64,000 nt of DNA from Candidatus Omnitrophota bacterium. GTDB lineage: Bacteria > Omnitrophota > Gorgyraeia > 2-01-FULL-45-10. The translations under genes and the position numbers were made by a program. The first letter of the stretch is position 1. Each line of letters begins with the position of its first letter. Below are positions 9,695-19,484 of this stretch, piece by piece. The stretch covers positions 173,875 through 237,874 of the forward strand of contig JAQVUX010000002.1 in assembly GCA_028699255.1 (NCBI GenBank), read 5' to 3'. The notes under the pieces were generated by a model that saw only the letters and a program-made list of their open reading frames with translations, was not told the DNA's origin and ran no database searches.

Positions 9695-10555
9695 ATGGCG
9701 GCAATATTATTAGAGGGTAAGCCGATAGCCGAAAGGTTGGGGGCTAAAATAAAATCCGAAGTCGAGGTTTTGAAGGCAGAGCGGGGGATGGCGCCGAAGC
9801 TTTTGGCGCTCCAGATAGGCGTAAATGCTTCGTCTGCCGTATATGCGAAGGCGCAAAAGAAAGCGGCCGAATCGCTGGGCATAGACTACGAGCTTAGGAC
9901 GGTTGCCGATTTGACGAGCCAGGCGGAGGCGGAAAAATTGATAAAAGATTTAAATAAAGATCCGGGTATTGCCGCCGTCATACTTCAACTCCCGGTGCCG
10001 AAAGGTATCGACGCCAAGCGTCTGGTGAACCTGATATCGCCCGGGAAAGATGCCGAAGGCATGCATCCGCAGAACCTCGGCAGGATATTGCTGGGGCAGT
10101 ACAATATCGGGCCGTGCGCGGCGATGGCGGTCATGGAGCTTTTAGGTTCGATAAAAGCGGATCTCTATGGCAAAGAAGCGGTTATCGTCGGGCATTCCGA
10201 GATAGTCGGTAAGCCCCTGGCGATGATGTTATTGAGTAAGTTCGCGACGACCACGGTATGCCACATAGCTACGAGCAAGCGCGGGGTACTGCCGGAGCAC
10301 ATAAGGCGCGCCGAGATATTGGTGGTCGCGGTCGGGAAGGCGGGAGTAGTCAGGGGCGAATGGATAAAACCCGGAGCGATAGTGATAGACGTCGGCATAA
10401 ATCGAGCGGGCGATAAGATACTCGGCGATGTCGAGTTTGACAGCGCCGCGGATAAAGCCGCGTATATTACGCCGGTTCCCGGGGGGGTAGGGCCGTTGAC
10501 CACCACGATACTCATGCGAAATACCGTAGAATTATTTAAGGGGCAGGTTAAATGA
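9695..10555 (+). CDS. folD: bifunctional methylene-THF dehydrogenase / methenyl-THF cyclohydrolase
   Basis: 286 aa; ILLEGKPIAERL... and GHSEIVGKP / PVPGGVGP motifs. Confidence 0.9.
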   Translation: MAAILLEGKPIAERLGAKIKSEVEVLKAERGMAPKLLALQIGVNASSAVYAKAQKKAAESLGIDYELRTVADLTSQAEAEKLIKDLNKDPGIAAVILQLPVPKGIDAKRLVNLISPGKDAEGMHPQNLGRILLGQYNIGPCAAMAVMELLGSIKADLYGKEAVIVGHSEIVGKPLAMMLLSKFATTTVCHIATSKRGVLPEHIRRAEILVVAVGKAGVVRGEWIKPGAIVIDVGINRAGDKILGDVEFDSAADKAAYITPVPGGVGPLTTTILMRNTVELFKGQVK

Positions 10556-11418
10556 CATTCTGTGAAAAGATAAAACAGGGCAGTTTCGTAATTACCAGCG
10601 AGATAGGACCACCTAAAGGCATCGATTTAAAAGAGATGTTCGAAGACGCGGAGCTCATAAAAAGCCGTGTCGACGCTATGAATGTTACCGATCTGCAGAG
10701 TTCCGTTTTGAGGGTCGGTTCGCTCGCGGTATGTAAACTTTTAAAAGATATGGCCATCGAGCCGATATTGCAGATGACCTGCCGCGACCGGAATCGCCTG
10801 GCGCTCCAGTCGGATCTTTTATCCGCGGGTGCGCTCGGGATAGAGAACGTCCTAATCCTGACGGGCGATTACCCTACGCTCGGCGACCATCCCGAAGCGA
10901 AGCCGGTATTCGACCTCGATAGCGTCGAGCTCATACAGGCCGCTAAAACACTCGAAGGCGGGAAGGATATGAAGGGCAACGCGCTGAAAGGCGCGCCTGA
11001 GTTTTGTATCGGCGCGGTCGTCAATCCAGGCGCCGATCCGCTCGAGCCCGAGATAATAAAGATGGAGAAGAAAGTAGAAGCCGGCGCACAATTTTTTCAG
11101 ACGCAGGCGGTATATGACATCGATCTTTTCAAAAGATTTTTAGACGCCTCGAAACATATAAAAATACCCGTGCTTGCGGGAATCGTGATTTTAAAGTCCG
11201 CGGGCATGGCGAAATACATGAATAAGAACGTTGCCGGGGTATTCGTTCCCGATGCTCTCATAAACGAGATGGAGACGACAAAAGATAAATCGGCGAAGTC
11301 TATCGAGATTGCGGCGCGTCTCATCAGAGATCTCAAGCCCCTCTGCCGGGGCATACATATAATGCCGATCGGATGGGATAAGAAAGTACCGGCGATATTG
11401 GATGCCGCTGGATTGTAG
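10552..11418 (+). CDS. metF: 5,10-methylenetetrahydrofolate reductase
   Basis: 288 aa TIM-barrel MetF-like (VITSEIGPPKG, LQMTCRDRNRLALQSDLL). Overlaps the folD stop. Confidence 0.8.
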   Translation: MTFCEKIKQGSFVITSEIGPPKGIDLKEMFEDAELIKSRVDAMNVTDLQSSVLRVGSLAVCKLLKDMAIEPILQMTCRDRNRLALQSDLLSAGALGIENVLILTGDYPTLGDHPEAKPVFDLDSVELIQAAKTLEGGKDMKGNALKGAPEFCIGAVVNPGADPLEPEIIKMEKKVEAGAQFFQTQAVYDIDLFKRFLDASKHIKIPVLAGIVILKSAGMAKYMNKNVAGVFVPDALINEMETTKDKSAKSIEIAARLIRDLKPLCRGIHIMPIGWDKKVPAILDAAGL

Positions 11419-11442
11419 AATTTCGAAAAACAGGAGAACGCG

Positions 11443-13647
11443 ATGTCGAAAGCATCGGAGATAACTATAAAAACAGTAGCGGGATTGATGGTCTCAGGCG
11501 CGAAAAAGGTCATTGCGCAGGCCGATGCGTTATTGGGCAGGGCAAAAAAAGAAAAAGGCCCCGCGCAGGCGGTCGCATTTCCGGAAACAGCATTCTATCT
11601 CCCGTTGGCTAACGCGCTTCTCGGGCTCGAAACGAAGACGGTAGCCGATGCTGAAAAGATACTGTCTGCGGCTAAGACGCTTGTTATAAAGGACGTGCCT
11701 TCCGAAGACGCATGGGGCACATTCCTTAAAGATTCGCTCAATGCAGGTGTGGCGGCCATACTTTGCGAGGAACTCATCTCGGCTTTGAAATACGTTTACG
11801 GCCAGGAGCCGCAAAAAGACTGCCCGGGGTTCTTCCCGGACACGATACTGCGTTCGCTCGGGATACAATTAGTCGACGGAAGGATATCCGGCATCGCGGT
11901 CATCCTGGGCCGCGCGCCGGACTCGGCGATCGCCGTTAGCATAGTGCGCGACCTGCAGAAACGTAACATACTGACACTCTTGGGCGGTAATGTCGATGGT
12001 GTCAGCATTATAGACCAGTTGAAAGAAGGCGGCCTTCAGATGGGGCTCGACAGTTATGTGGTGCCTTACGGCCGCGACACATTGTCGATCGTCTACGTCC
12101 TCAACTTCGCGATAAGGGCGGCGCTCTCATTCGGCGGCATCAAGGCGGGCAACGCGAAAGCGTGCGTCGATTACGTCAGAGACAGGGTGCCGGCGTTCGT
12201 CATGCTTTTGGGCGGAGTCGATGAGGTGAAGGCGGCGACGGGCGCGGGCGCCATCGCGGCGGGAGTGCCGATCATAACCGATCTCGATCTTCCCGAAGTG
12301 CGTGTTCCGGGAGTGTGCGCTCACGAAGAGTGCCTTGTTAAAGAGAAGGATTATAAAAAAATAGTCCAGAGGGCCGTAGAGGTGCGCGGCATAAAAGTAA
12401 AAGTCGCGCAGATCCCCATACCGGTACCGTTCTCGGCCGCTTTTGAGGGCGAGCGCGTCCGGAAAGAGAATATGTTCGCGCAATTCGGCGCGAAGTATTC
12501 GCCCGCCTTCGAATACCTGCGGATGAAAAAAACCTCCGAGGTCGAAGACGGTAAAGTTACGGTCATAGGCCCCGAGATCGACCGGATGCAGGAAGGTTCA
12601 AATTATCCGCTGGCGCTGGTGATCGACGTTACGGGCAGGAAGATGTCGGTTGATTACGAGCCTATACTCGAACGGCAGATACACAAATTTCTAAATTACG
12701 CCATGGGCGTATTTCATATGGGCCAGCGCGACATGAACTGGATCCGCATATCAAAGGACGCAAAGAAGGCCGGTTTCAAGATGCACCATCTGGGTGATAT
12801 CTTAGTGGCCAAGCTCCACGACGAATACGGTGCCATAGTCGATAAAGCCCAGGTTACGATATATACTGACGAGAAGGAAGTGATGGCGCTTCTGCCGGAG
12901 GCCAGGCGGGCTTTTGTGGCCAGGGACGAACGGCTCGCGGGAATGACGGATGAGTCGGTCGATACATTCTACAGCTGTACGCTTTGCCAGAGTTTCGCGC
13001 CGGATCACGTCTGCGTTGTGAGTCCCGAGCGGCTCGGACTGTGCGGCGCATATTCATGGCTCGACGCGAAGGCCGCCCACGAAATTACGCCGACCGGCGG
13101 CAACCAGCCGATAAAGAAGGGTAATGCGATCGACGCGGCGAAAGGTTTCTGGAAAGGCGTGAATGATTTTGTGTTTACCGCTTCTCATCAGCATACCTCG
13201 CAGATGGCGGCGTATTCGATCATGGATTCGCCCATGACCTCGTGCGGCTGTTTCGAGTGTATCGTGGCGATAGTCCCGGAAGCCAACGGTGTCATGATCG
13301 TAAACAGGGAGTACGCGGGCGAGACGCCGGTGGGGATGAAGTTTACGACGCTTGCCGGGACGGTGGGCGGCGGCAACCAGACCCCGGGGTTCCTGGGTGT
13401 GGGCAGATTATACGTGGCCAGCAGGAAGTTCATCTCGGCCGAGGGCGGGTTAAAACGGGTCGTGTGGATGCCGAAAGAGCTCAAAGAGGTACTTAGCGAT
13501 AAATTGAAGGCGCGCTGTAAAGAACTCGGGTCCCCGGAGCTGTTTGACAAGATCGCTGATGAGACGATCGCGACCGATTCCGCCGCGCTGGTCGAATATC
13601 TGCAGAAAGTCGGTCATCCGGCGCTGGCGATGGATCCGCTGATGTAA
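11443..13647 (+). CDS. acsB: CO-methylating acetyl-CoA synthase subunit (A-cluster subunit, AcsB/CdhC type)
   Basis: 734 aa; the A-cluster ligand motif CGCFEC and cysteines in FYSCTLCQSFAPDHVCVVSPERLGLCGAYSWLDAKAAHEI; size matches bacterial AcsB. Confidence 0.85.
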   Translation: MSKASEITIKTVAGLMVSGAKKVIAQADALLGRAKKEKGPAQAVAFPETAFYLPLANALLGLETKTVADAEKILSAAKTLVIKDVPSEDAWGTFLKDSLNAGVAAILCEELISALKYVYGQEPQKDCPGFFPDTILRSLGIQLVDGRISGIAVILGRAPDSAIAVSIVRDLQKRNILTLLGGNVDGVSIIDQLKEGGLQMGLDSYVVPYGRDTLSIVYVLNFAIRAALSFGGIKAGNAKACVDYVRDRVPAFVMLLGGVDEVKAATGAGAIAAGVPIITDLDLPEVRVPGVCAHEECLVKEKDYKKIVQRAVEVRGIKVKVAQIPIPVPFSAAFEGERVRKENMFAQFGAKYSPAFEYLRMKKTSEVEDGKVTVIGPEIDRMQEGSNYPLALVIDVTGRKMSVDYEPILERQIHKFLNYAMGVFHMGQRDMNWIRISKDAKKAGFKMHHLGDILVAKLHDEYGAIVDKAQVTIYTDEKEVMALLPEARRAFVARDERLAGMTDESVDTFYSCTLCQSFAPDHVCVVSPERLGLCGAYSWLDAKAAHEITPTGGNQPIKKGNAIDAAKGFWKGVNDFVFTASHQHTSQMAAYSIMDSPMTSCGCFECIVAIVPEANGVMIVNREYAGETPVGMKFTTLAGTVGGGNQTPGFLGVGRLYVASRKFISAEGGLKRVVWMPKELKEVLSDKLKARCKELGSPELFDKIADETIATDSAALVEYLQKVGHPALAMDPLM

Positions 13648-13739
13648 AGCGAGATAACCTCGTAGATTGGTCATCTATTTTTCATGAGATAACCTCCGAG
13701 GTCGATGGGCTGATATACATTGGTTCTTAATCTAAATTT

Positions 13740-13900
13740 TTCGTCCTGGAAGGAAGACCCTTTCAGGATTCATGCCTCGCGTGGACGCGAAAATTTTGAC
13801 CATGCAAAATTTTCGCTCGAGAAAAATTGCTCGGACGTTGCCTCGCAATTTTTACGCCCCGCTCGGCACGAATCCCTGCGGGTCTTCCTCCGACAGGAAG
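13740..13900. repeat. structured palindromic repeat, copy A (~160 nt). The same family occurs in inverted orientation at 60826-60990.
   Basis: Terminal IR GGAAGACCC (13753) / GGGTCTTCC (13879); internal hairpin GCGAAAATTTT-gaccatgc-AAAATTTTCGC (13785-13814). About 85-90% identity to the reverse complement of 60826-60990 by manual alignment. Confidence 0.75.
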
Positions 13901-13923
13901 CGAAAAATTTACCGGAGGTAGTG

Positions 13924-14118
13924 ATGAAGAAACTATATTTGTCGGACACGAATAAGAAGATCGGCGGGGTATGCGGAGGGCTCGGAGAATATTTCGATCT
14001 CGACCCGACGCTCATCAGAGTGATCTTTATACTGATCGCCCTTTTGTCGTTCGGCCTCGGCGTTATAGGGTATATCCTCATATGGATGATTATCCCGCGC
14101 AAGCCTAAGGGTGTATAA
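13924..14118 (+). CDS. PspC-domain small membrane protein
   Basis: 64 aa, MKKLYLSDTNKKIGGVCGGLGEYFDLDPTLIRVIF followed by one TM helix, which is the PspC domain pattern. The start is placed at ATG 13924 inside the longer ORF 13720-14118, which otherwise runs through the repeat. Confidence 0.65.
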   Translation: MKKLYLSDTNKKIGGVCGGLGEYFDLDPTLIRVIFILIALLSFGLGVIGYILIWMIIPRKPKGV

Positions 14119-14148
14119 AATTAATTTGAAAAGGAGTAGGCGGTTAAA

Positions 14149-14505
14149 ATGAACAAGGTTATTATTACAACGGCGATGCTGGTTTGCAGTAATATATTTA
14201 TGACGTTTGCGTGGTACGGCCATCTGAAAAATTACAATGATAAACCGTGGATCGTTGCGGCCATTATAAGCTGGGGCATCGCGCTCTTTGAATATCTTTT
14301 ACAGGTTCCGGCGAACAGGATAGGCCATCAGGTGATGAATCTGGGACAGCTGAAGATACTCCAGGAGGTAATAACCCTATCCATCTTTGTACCCTTCTCG
14401 ATACTTTATATGAAAGAAGGGTTTAAAAAAGATTATATATGGGCGGCGATTTTTATCGTCGCGGCTGTGTTTTTTATGTTTCGCGGAATATTAACAAAGA
14501 GCTAA
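14149..14505 (+). CDS. small multi-pass membrane protein (DMT-like / DUF486-type)
   Basis: 118 aa with four predicted TM helices; no catalytic motifs. Confidence 0.5.
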   Translation: MNKVIITTAMLVCSNIFMTFAWYGHLKNYNDKPWIVAAIISWGIALFEYLLQVPANRIGHQVMNLGQLKILQEVITLSIFVPFSILYMKEGFKKDYIWAAIFIVAAVFFMFRGILTKS

Positions 14506-14508
14506 AAA

Positions 14509-15528
14509 ATGAAAACGATAAAAATATTTATGACGGCAATTTTTGCAGGGATTATTATTTCGACGGCCTGTCCGGGTTTTTGCGGTGAGCCGGTAATCTC
14601 GATGCAGATCGATAACGAGATAATGCCGGATACGCGTAACGCGATTCGCGATATAAATAACACTCTCTTTGAAAGCATGAAGAGCAACAAGCCTGCCGTT
14701 ATGATGGAGATGTTCGTCGACGAGGGGAAGGCCGATAAAGCTCTCGAGGAGAACGTAAAAGCGGCATACGATAAGATGGGTGAGCTCGCGAAAGGTACCG
14801 GGTTTGATATGCTGCATGAATACCTCATTGACGTGAAAGGCTCGGGGACGGTTACGGTTACCTTGCCGGGCGCGGACGGCGAAAATTTTCTTATGAATGT
14901 CGACGCCGGCAAAGGGCCTTTGTACATGTCATTCCTTATCTCTAAGAGTAATTTTAAAGATCTTGCGCTCTGTTTCGTTTATATGAAAAAGGCAGACGCG
15001 TGGCGCCTGCACACTTTCCATCTCGGCACGTACCGCGTGGGAGGCAAAACGCCGGTTCAATGGTACGCGGAGGCCAGGGAGATGTATGAGAACGGCTGGG
15101 ATGTGCCGGCGATGCAACGGATGCAGCTTATCGATACGTTTATGCGCCCCGCGCCATTCCTCCAATATGAAAAAGAGCCGCAGATGCGGGATTTTTTCGC
15201 CGCGGGCGCGGCAGAGACATCCCGAAAGTATAAATTTCCTGTGAAGGCGACCTGGGTTAAGGATATGCCCGCTATATACGGCCTGGATATTCAATTTACC
15301 AATGGTAAACTCATACCGGTTGTTATCTACGTGACCCAGCATCCGCTCAATAGGGCCGTGCCGATACAGGACGAAGCGGATGCGATAACGCAAAAGATCG
15401 AAAAGATAATTCCCGGCATTACGCGCGGCACGGAATCCGTAGGATACAGGGTTTTTACCGAGCCGCCTACCGATAGCGCGAAACAGTATAAATATAGAGC
15501 CGTAATCAGCAAAGTTGGGATCGCATAA
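14509..15528 (+). CDS. hypothetical secreted protein / lipoprotein
   Basis: 339 aa; N-terminal signal MKTIKIFMTAIFAGIIISTAC (possible lipobox); no recognisable domain. Confidence 0.5.
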   Translation: MKTIKIFMTAIFAGIIISTACPGFCGEPVISMQIDNEIMPDTRNAIRDINNTLFESMKSNKPAVMMEMFVDEGKADKALEENVKAAYDKMGELAKGTGFDMLHEYLIDVKGSGTVTVTLPGADGENFLMNVDAGKGPLYMSFLISKSNFKDLALCFVYMKKADAWRLHTFHLGTYRVGGKTPVQWYAEAREMYENGWDVPAMQRMQLIDTFMRPAPFLQYEKEPQMRDFFAAGAAETSRKYKFPVKATWVKDMPAIYGLDIQFTNGKLIPVVIYVTQHPLNRAVPIQDEADAITQKIEKIIPGITRGTESVGYRVFTEPPTDSAKQYKYRAVISKVGIA

Positions 15529-15540
15529 GGAGAAGAGCGG

Positions 15541-16875
15541 ATGGCGTTGTCAGGACTGGATATATATAAACTTTTACCAAAAACCAATTGCAAGGATTGT
15601 GGTTTCGCGACATGCCTGGCGTTTGCCATGGCGCTCGCCCAGAAGAAGGCTTCGCTCGCAAAATGCCCGCATGTTACGCAGGACGCGCGCGCGGCTCTCG
15701 AGAGCGCCGCCCAACCGCCGATCAGGCTCGTTACGATAGGCGTTGGCGCGCGAAAGATCGAGATAGGCAACGAGACGGTGATGTACAGGCATGAGCAGAA
15801 GTTTTACCATCCTGCGGCGGTCGGATTTCTTATAGAGGATACGGCCTTACCCGCCGATATCGATAAAAAGATCGAGGAGATAAAAGCTCTCGTATTCGAA
15901 AGGGTCGGCCAGGTAATATCGGCCAATCTAATATGCGTGAGAAACTCCTCGAAAAACAAAGAAACTTTTGCGCTTGTGGTTAAAAAGGTTTCTATGTCCG
16001 GTGGCTTACCCCTGGCTTTGGAGACGTCCGAACCTGCCGCGGCGATAGAGGCGCTCGCCCAGATCAGGGACGCCAGGCCGCTTCTTATCGCGTCCGATGC
16101 GCTTCGTACGGCGGAATTTGCGAAGATTGCCAAAGATAGTCAATGCCCTCTGGCGGTTACATGTACGGGCCTGGATGACGCGGCGCAATTGACGGATATC
16201 GCGCGGAAGGCGGGCGTCGAAGAGATAGTTATTTCTATGAAGAATAGTAGCTTTTCCGGTAAAATACAGGATTTCACTTACGCCCGCAGAGCGGCGCTTA
16301 AGAAGAGTATCCGCGCGCTCGGGTATCCTGTACTTGCGTTTACCGATGAGCCTTCGGCCGAGATGGAGCTGGCCGAGGCGATATCGTACGTTTTGAAGTA
16401 TGCCGGCATCGTTATAATGAAGAATACCGCGAAAGAGTTTGTATTTCCTCTTCTTGTAGCCCGACAGGACGTTTATCAGGATCCGCAGAAGCCGGTGCAG
16501 GTGGAGCCGAAGATATACGAGATAGGCAAGGTCACGAAAGATTCCCCAGTTGTCGTAACGACGAATTTCTCGATAACTTATTTTACCGTTGCGGGGGAGG
16601 TAGAGTCGAGCAAGGTGCCTGCGTACATAATATGCTGTGATTCGGAGGGGATGTCGGTTCTGACCGCGTGGGCGGCGGAGAAGTTCACCGCGGAGAGCAT
16701 TGCCGATGTTCTCAAAAAAAGCGGTATCGAAGGAATAGTCTCGCATAAAAAAGTTATTATACCCGGATACGTCTCGGTATTAAGCGGAAAACTCGAAGAA
16801 GTTTCGGGGTGGAAAGTTTCGGTGGGCCCGAGGGAAGCGTCCGGGATACCGAATTATCTGAGGAACTGGAAATAA
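15541..16875 (+). CDS. acsC: corrinoid iron-sulfur protein large subunit
   Basis: 444 aa; N-terminal 4Fe-4S binding motif CKDCGFATCLAFAMALAQKKASLAKCP followed by a TIM-barrel-like region, as in AcsC/CdhE. Confidence 0.85.
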   Translation: MALSGLDIYKLLPKTNCKDCGFATCLAFAMALAQKKASLAKCPHVTQDARAALESAAQPPIRLVTIGVGARKIEIGNETVMYRHEQKFYHPAAVGFLIEDTALPADIDKKIEEIKALVFERVGQVISANLICVRNSSKNKETFALVVKKVSMSGGLPLALETSEPAAAIEALAQIRDARPLLIASDALRTAEFAKIAKDSQCPLAVTCTGLDDAAQLTDIARKAGVEEIVISMKNSSFSGKIQDFTYARRAALKKSIRALGYPVLAFTDEPSAEMELAEAISYVLKYAGIVIMKNTAKEFVFPLLVARQDVYQDPQKPVQVEPKIYEIGKVTKDSPVVVTTNFSITYFTVAGEVESSKVPAYIICCDSEGMSVLTAWAAEKFTAESIADVLKKSGIEGIVSHKKVIIPGYVSVLSGKLEEVSGWKVSVGPREASGIPNYLRNWK

Positions 16876-18744
16876 GTGAAAGAATTTAACGTAAATTTTA
16901 TTCTCTCCCGCGGTTTTTTTATATTCAAGAAGCCGGTTGCTAAAAGTGTGCGAATAGCGCAGGGAACCGACCTTCTGACCGCGGCAATAAAAGCGGGTGT
17001 ATTTTTAAACGCATCCTGCGGCGGCGAAGGCCTGTGCGGTAAATGTAAAGTCGGGATAAAAGACAAGACGGTGCTCGCGTGCCAGGTGATAGTCGACCGT
17101 GACCTTGTAGTAAATGTTCCCAAGGAATCGCTCGAGGCGCGCGAAAGTGTAAAGACGTCCGCGGAAGAGTTCACCAAAGGCATTATTTTAAAAAGGGAGA
17201 AGGCGTATAAGCATTCTCCGGTAGTCCGCAAGATATACATGAAACTACAGGGCCCGACCGATGACGATAATTTGAGCGACCTGGAGCGCATATCGAAGGA
17301 ACTTGCCTCTAAGATGGACGGGGTGCACATCTCGGCGAAGCTGGCGACCGTCAAATTTCTCGGCGAGTGCCTGCGCGATAGCGATTTCGCGGTGACCGTT
17401 ACCGTAGGCTGTAGAGAGGGGCAGGCCGAGATCCTCTCTGTAGAGCCGGGCGATACCAGCGCCGCAAGCTACGGGTTCGCGTTCGATATCGGCACGACGA
17501 CGGTAGCGGGTCAGCTCATCGACCTTAACACATCCGAGATACTCGGTAGCCGCATAGCTTTCAATAAACAGGCCGCATATGGCAGTGACGTGATAACGCG
17601 GATAATATTGGCGTCGAGCGCTGAGGGGCTCGAGAAGATGCACCAGGCGGTTGTTTCGAACATGAACGAAATCATAGAAGATCTGGCGCGGACGCGCAAT
17701 ATCAATTTCACGGATATCGATGCCATAACGTGCGCGGGCAACATGACGATGATGCACCTTTTTCTAAAAATAGATCCGTCCGGCATCAGGCGGCCGCCGC
17801 ATATCCCGGCTTCTGTCACGTTTCAGTCGATGCATCCGGCGGAAGCGGGTATTGAGGCGAACCCGAAAGGGCTAATGTTATTCATGCCCGGCGTCAGCAC
17901 ATACATAGGCGGCGATATAGTGGCGGGTGTTCTTGCCTGCGGGATACACGATTCCGACGATCTGTCGTTATTGGCGGACATAGGGACTAACGGCGAGATA
18001 GTGCTCGGCAATAAAGAATGGATGATTGGCGCCTCCGCAAGCGCGGGGCCGGCCTTCGAAGGTAGTGGGCTTAGTTGCGGCATGAAGGCGGTTTCCGGCG
18101 CGATCCAGAAGGTGGATATCGACGCCGGCCTGAACGTGCGGTGCGGTACCATAGGCGGCGTCAGGCCGCTCGGGATATGCGGCTCCGGTTATATAGATCT
18201 CTTGTGCCGGATGCTGAAACGCGGCATTATAGACAAGGCCGGCAGGATAAATAAGGTTATGAAGTCGGACAGGATTCGCCAGGGGAAAACAGTTACGGAA
18301 TTTGTCGTTGCTTTTGCGTCGGAGACAGGTACGGGCAAGGACATAATAATAGATAATGACGATATCGAGAATATAAAGCGCTCCAAGGGGGCGATATACA
18401 GCGCCATAATGGCCCTGATGGCTAAAGTGGGTAAGGATATCAAGGATGTGAAGAAGATATTTATTGCAGGCGGATTCGGCAATTATCTTAATATCGAGAA
18501 TGCTATAGCGATAGGGCTCTTACCGGATGTTCCCAGGGATGTTTACGATTTTGTTGGGAATTCGTCTCTGGCCGGGGCGAGGATGTCGCTCGTTTCATCC
18601 TCCGCATTCGCCGAGACGGACAAAATATACAGGAATATAACCTATATCGACCTGAGCGCCGAGCCGTCATACATGGATGAGTATGTCGCGTCGCTCTTTT
18701 TTCCGCACACAGATTTATGGAGGTTTCCATCAATACGGTCATAG
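16876..18744 (+). CDS. acsV: corrinoid activation/regeneration protein (RACo; 2Fe-2S ferredoxin plus ASKHA ATPase)
   Basis: 622 aa; N-terminal plant-type ferredoxin cysteines (SCGGEGLCGKCKV ... C) and a large C-terminal ATPase-like domain; position between acsC and cooC. The GTG start abuts the acsC stop, so the true start may be slightly downstream. Confidence 0.7.
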   Translation: MKEFNVNFILSRGFFIFKKPVAKSVRIAQGTDLLTAAIKAGVFLNASCGGEGLCGKCKVGIKDKTVLACQVIVDRDLVVNVPKESLEARESVKTSAEEFTKGIILKREKAYKHSPVVRKIYMKLQGPTDDDNLSDLERISKELASKMDGVHISAKLATVKFLGECLRDSDFAVTVTVGCREGQAEILSVEPGDTSAASYGFAFDIGTTTVAGQLIDLNTSEILGSRIAFNKQAAYGSDVITRIILASSAEGLEKMHQAVVSNMNEIIEDLARTRNINFTDIDAITCAGNMTMMHLFLKIDPSGIRRPPHIPASVTFQSMHPAEAGIEANPKGLMLFMPGVSTYIGGDIVAGVLACGIHDSDDLSLLADIGTNGEIVLGNKEWMIGASASAGPAFEGSGLSCGMKAVSGAIQKVDIDAGLNVRCGTIGGVRPLGICGSGYIDLLCRMLKRGIIDKAGRINKVMKSDRIRQGKTVTEFVVAFASETGTGKDIIIDNDDIENIKRSKGAIYSAIMALMAKVGKDIKDVKKIFIAGGFGNYLNIENAIAIGLLPDVPRDVYDFVGNSSLAGARMSLVSSSAFAETDKIYRNITYIDLSAEPSYMDEYVASLFFPHTDLWRFPSIRS

Positions 18745-19484
18745 CGGTGAACGGCAAAGGAGGCACGGGCAAATCGACCATAGCGGCGCTTTTAGTTAAG
18801 CATATTGTGGCCGGGCGCCTCGGTTCAGTCCTGGCGATAGACGCGGATCCGAATTCGTGCCTGGCCGATAATCTCGGAATGACCGCGCCGGATACGATAG
18901 TCGGAACATGCGAAACAATATCGAAGAACCTTTTAAAGATACCCGCGGGGATTACGAAAGACAGGTTTATAGAAATGCGCGTCCAGGAGGCGGTCAATGA
19001 AGGTAGCGGGTTTGATCTCCTGGTGATGGGTAGGCCCGAGGGGCCCGGATGTTACTGTTACGTTAATAACCTTTTGCGCGGGATAATAGAAGACATCACA
19101 AAAGGTTACGATTTTGTGATAATAGATAATGCCGCGGGTATGGAACATATTTCCCGCCGGACGACGGCTAAGATGAGCAAACTCCTCATTGTAAGCGATT
19201 ACTCGATACCGGGCATTCGCTCATCCGCGCGCATATATACGCTTGCCAAAGAGCTCGGTATAAAATTCGACGGCGCATATCTCGTGGTCAATAAAGTCTC
19301 CGGGCCGCTCGCGCCGCTCGCCGCTGAGATAGAGAAGACGGGTTTAGACGTCGCGGGCAGTATGCCTTACGACGAGGAGATAGTTGAGTGGAATGTCTCA
19401 AATAAGGCAATATTTGAGTTTAATAGCGCGGCGGTAGAAAGAGAGATCGAAGAGATATTTAACAAATTAATAAAAGAGGCATGA
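18717..19484 (+). CDS. cooC: CODH/ACS nickel-insertion accessory ATPase
   Basis: 255 aa with a deviant Walker A, IAVNGKGGTGKSTIA (MinD/ParA family); overlaps the acsV 3' end. Confidence 0.85.
   Translation: MEVSINTVIAVNGKGGTGKSTIAALLVKHIVAGRLGSVLAIDADPNSCLADNLGMTAPDTIVGTCETISKNLLKIPAGITKDRFIEMRVQEAVNEGSGFDLLVMGRPEGPGCYCYVNNLLRGIIEDITKGYDFVIIDNAAGMEHISRRTTAKMSKLLIVSDYSIPGIRSSARIYTLAKELGIKFDGAYLVVNKVSGPLAPLAAEIEKTGLDVAGSMPYDEEIVEWNVSNKAIFEFNSAAVEREIEEIFNKLIKEA

Noticed and set aside
13242-13496. 84-aa Arg/Gly-rich + strand ORF
   Set aside because: Lies in an alternative frame inside acsB (A-cluster motif region); composition is typical of an off-frame translation of GC-rich coding DNA.
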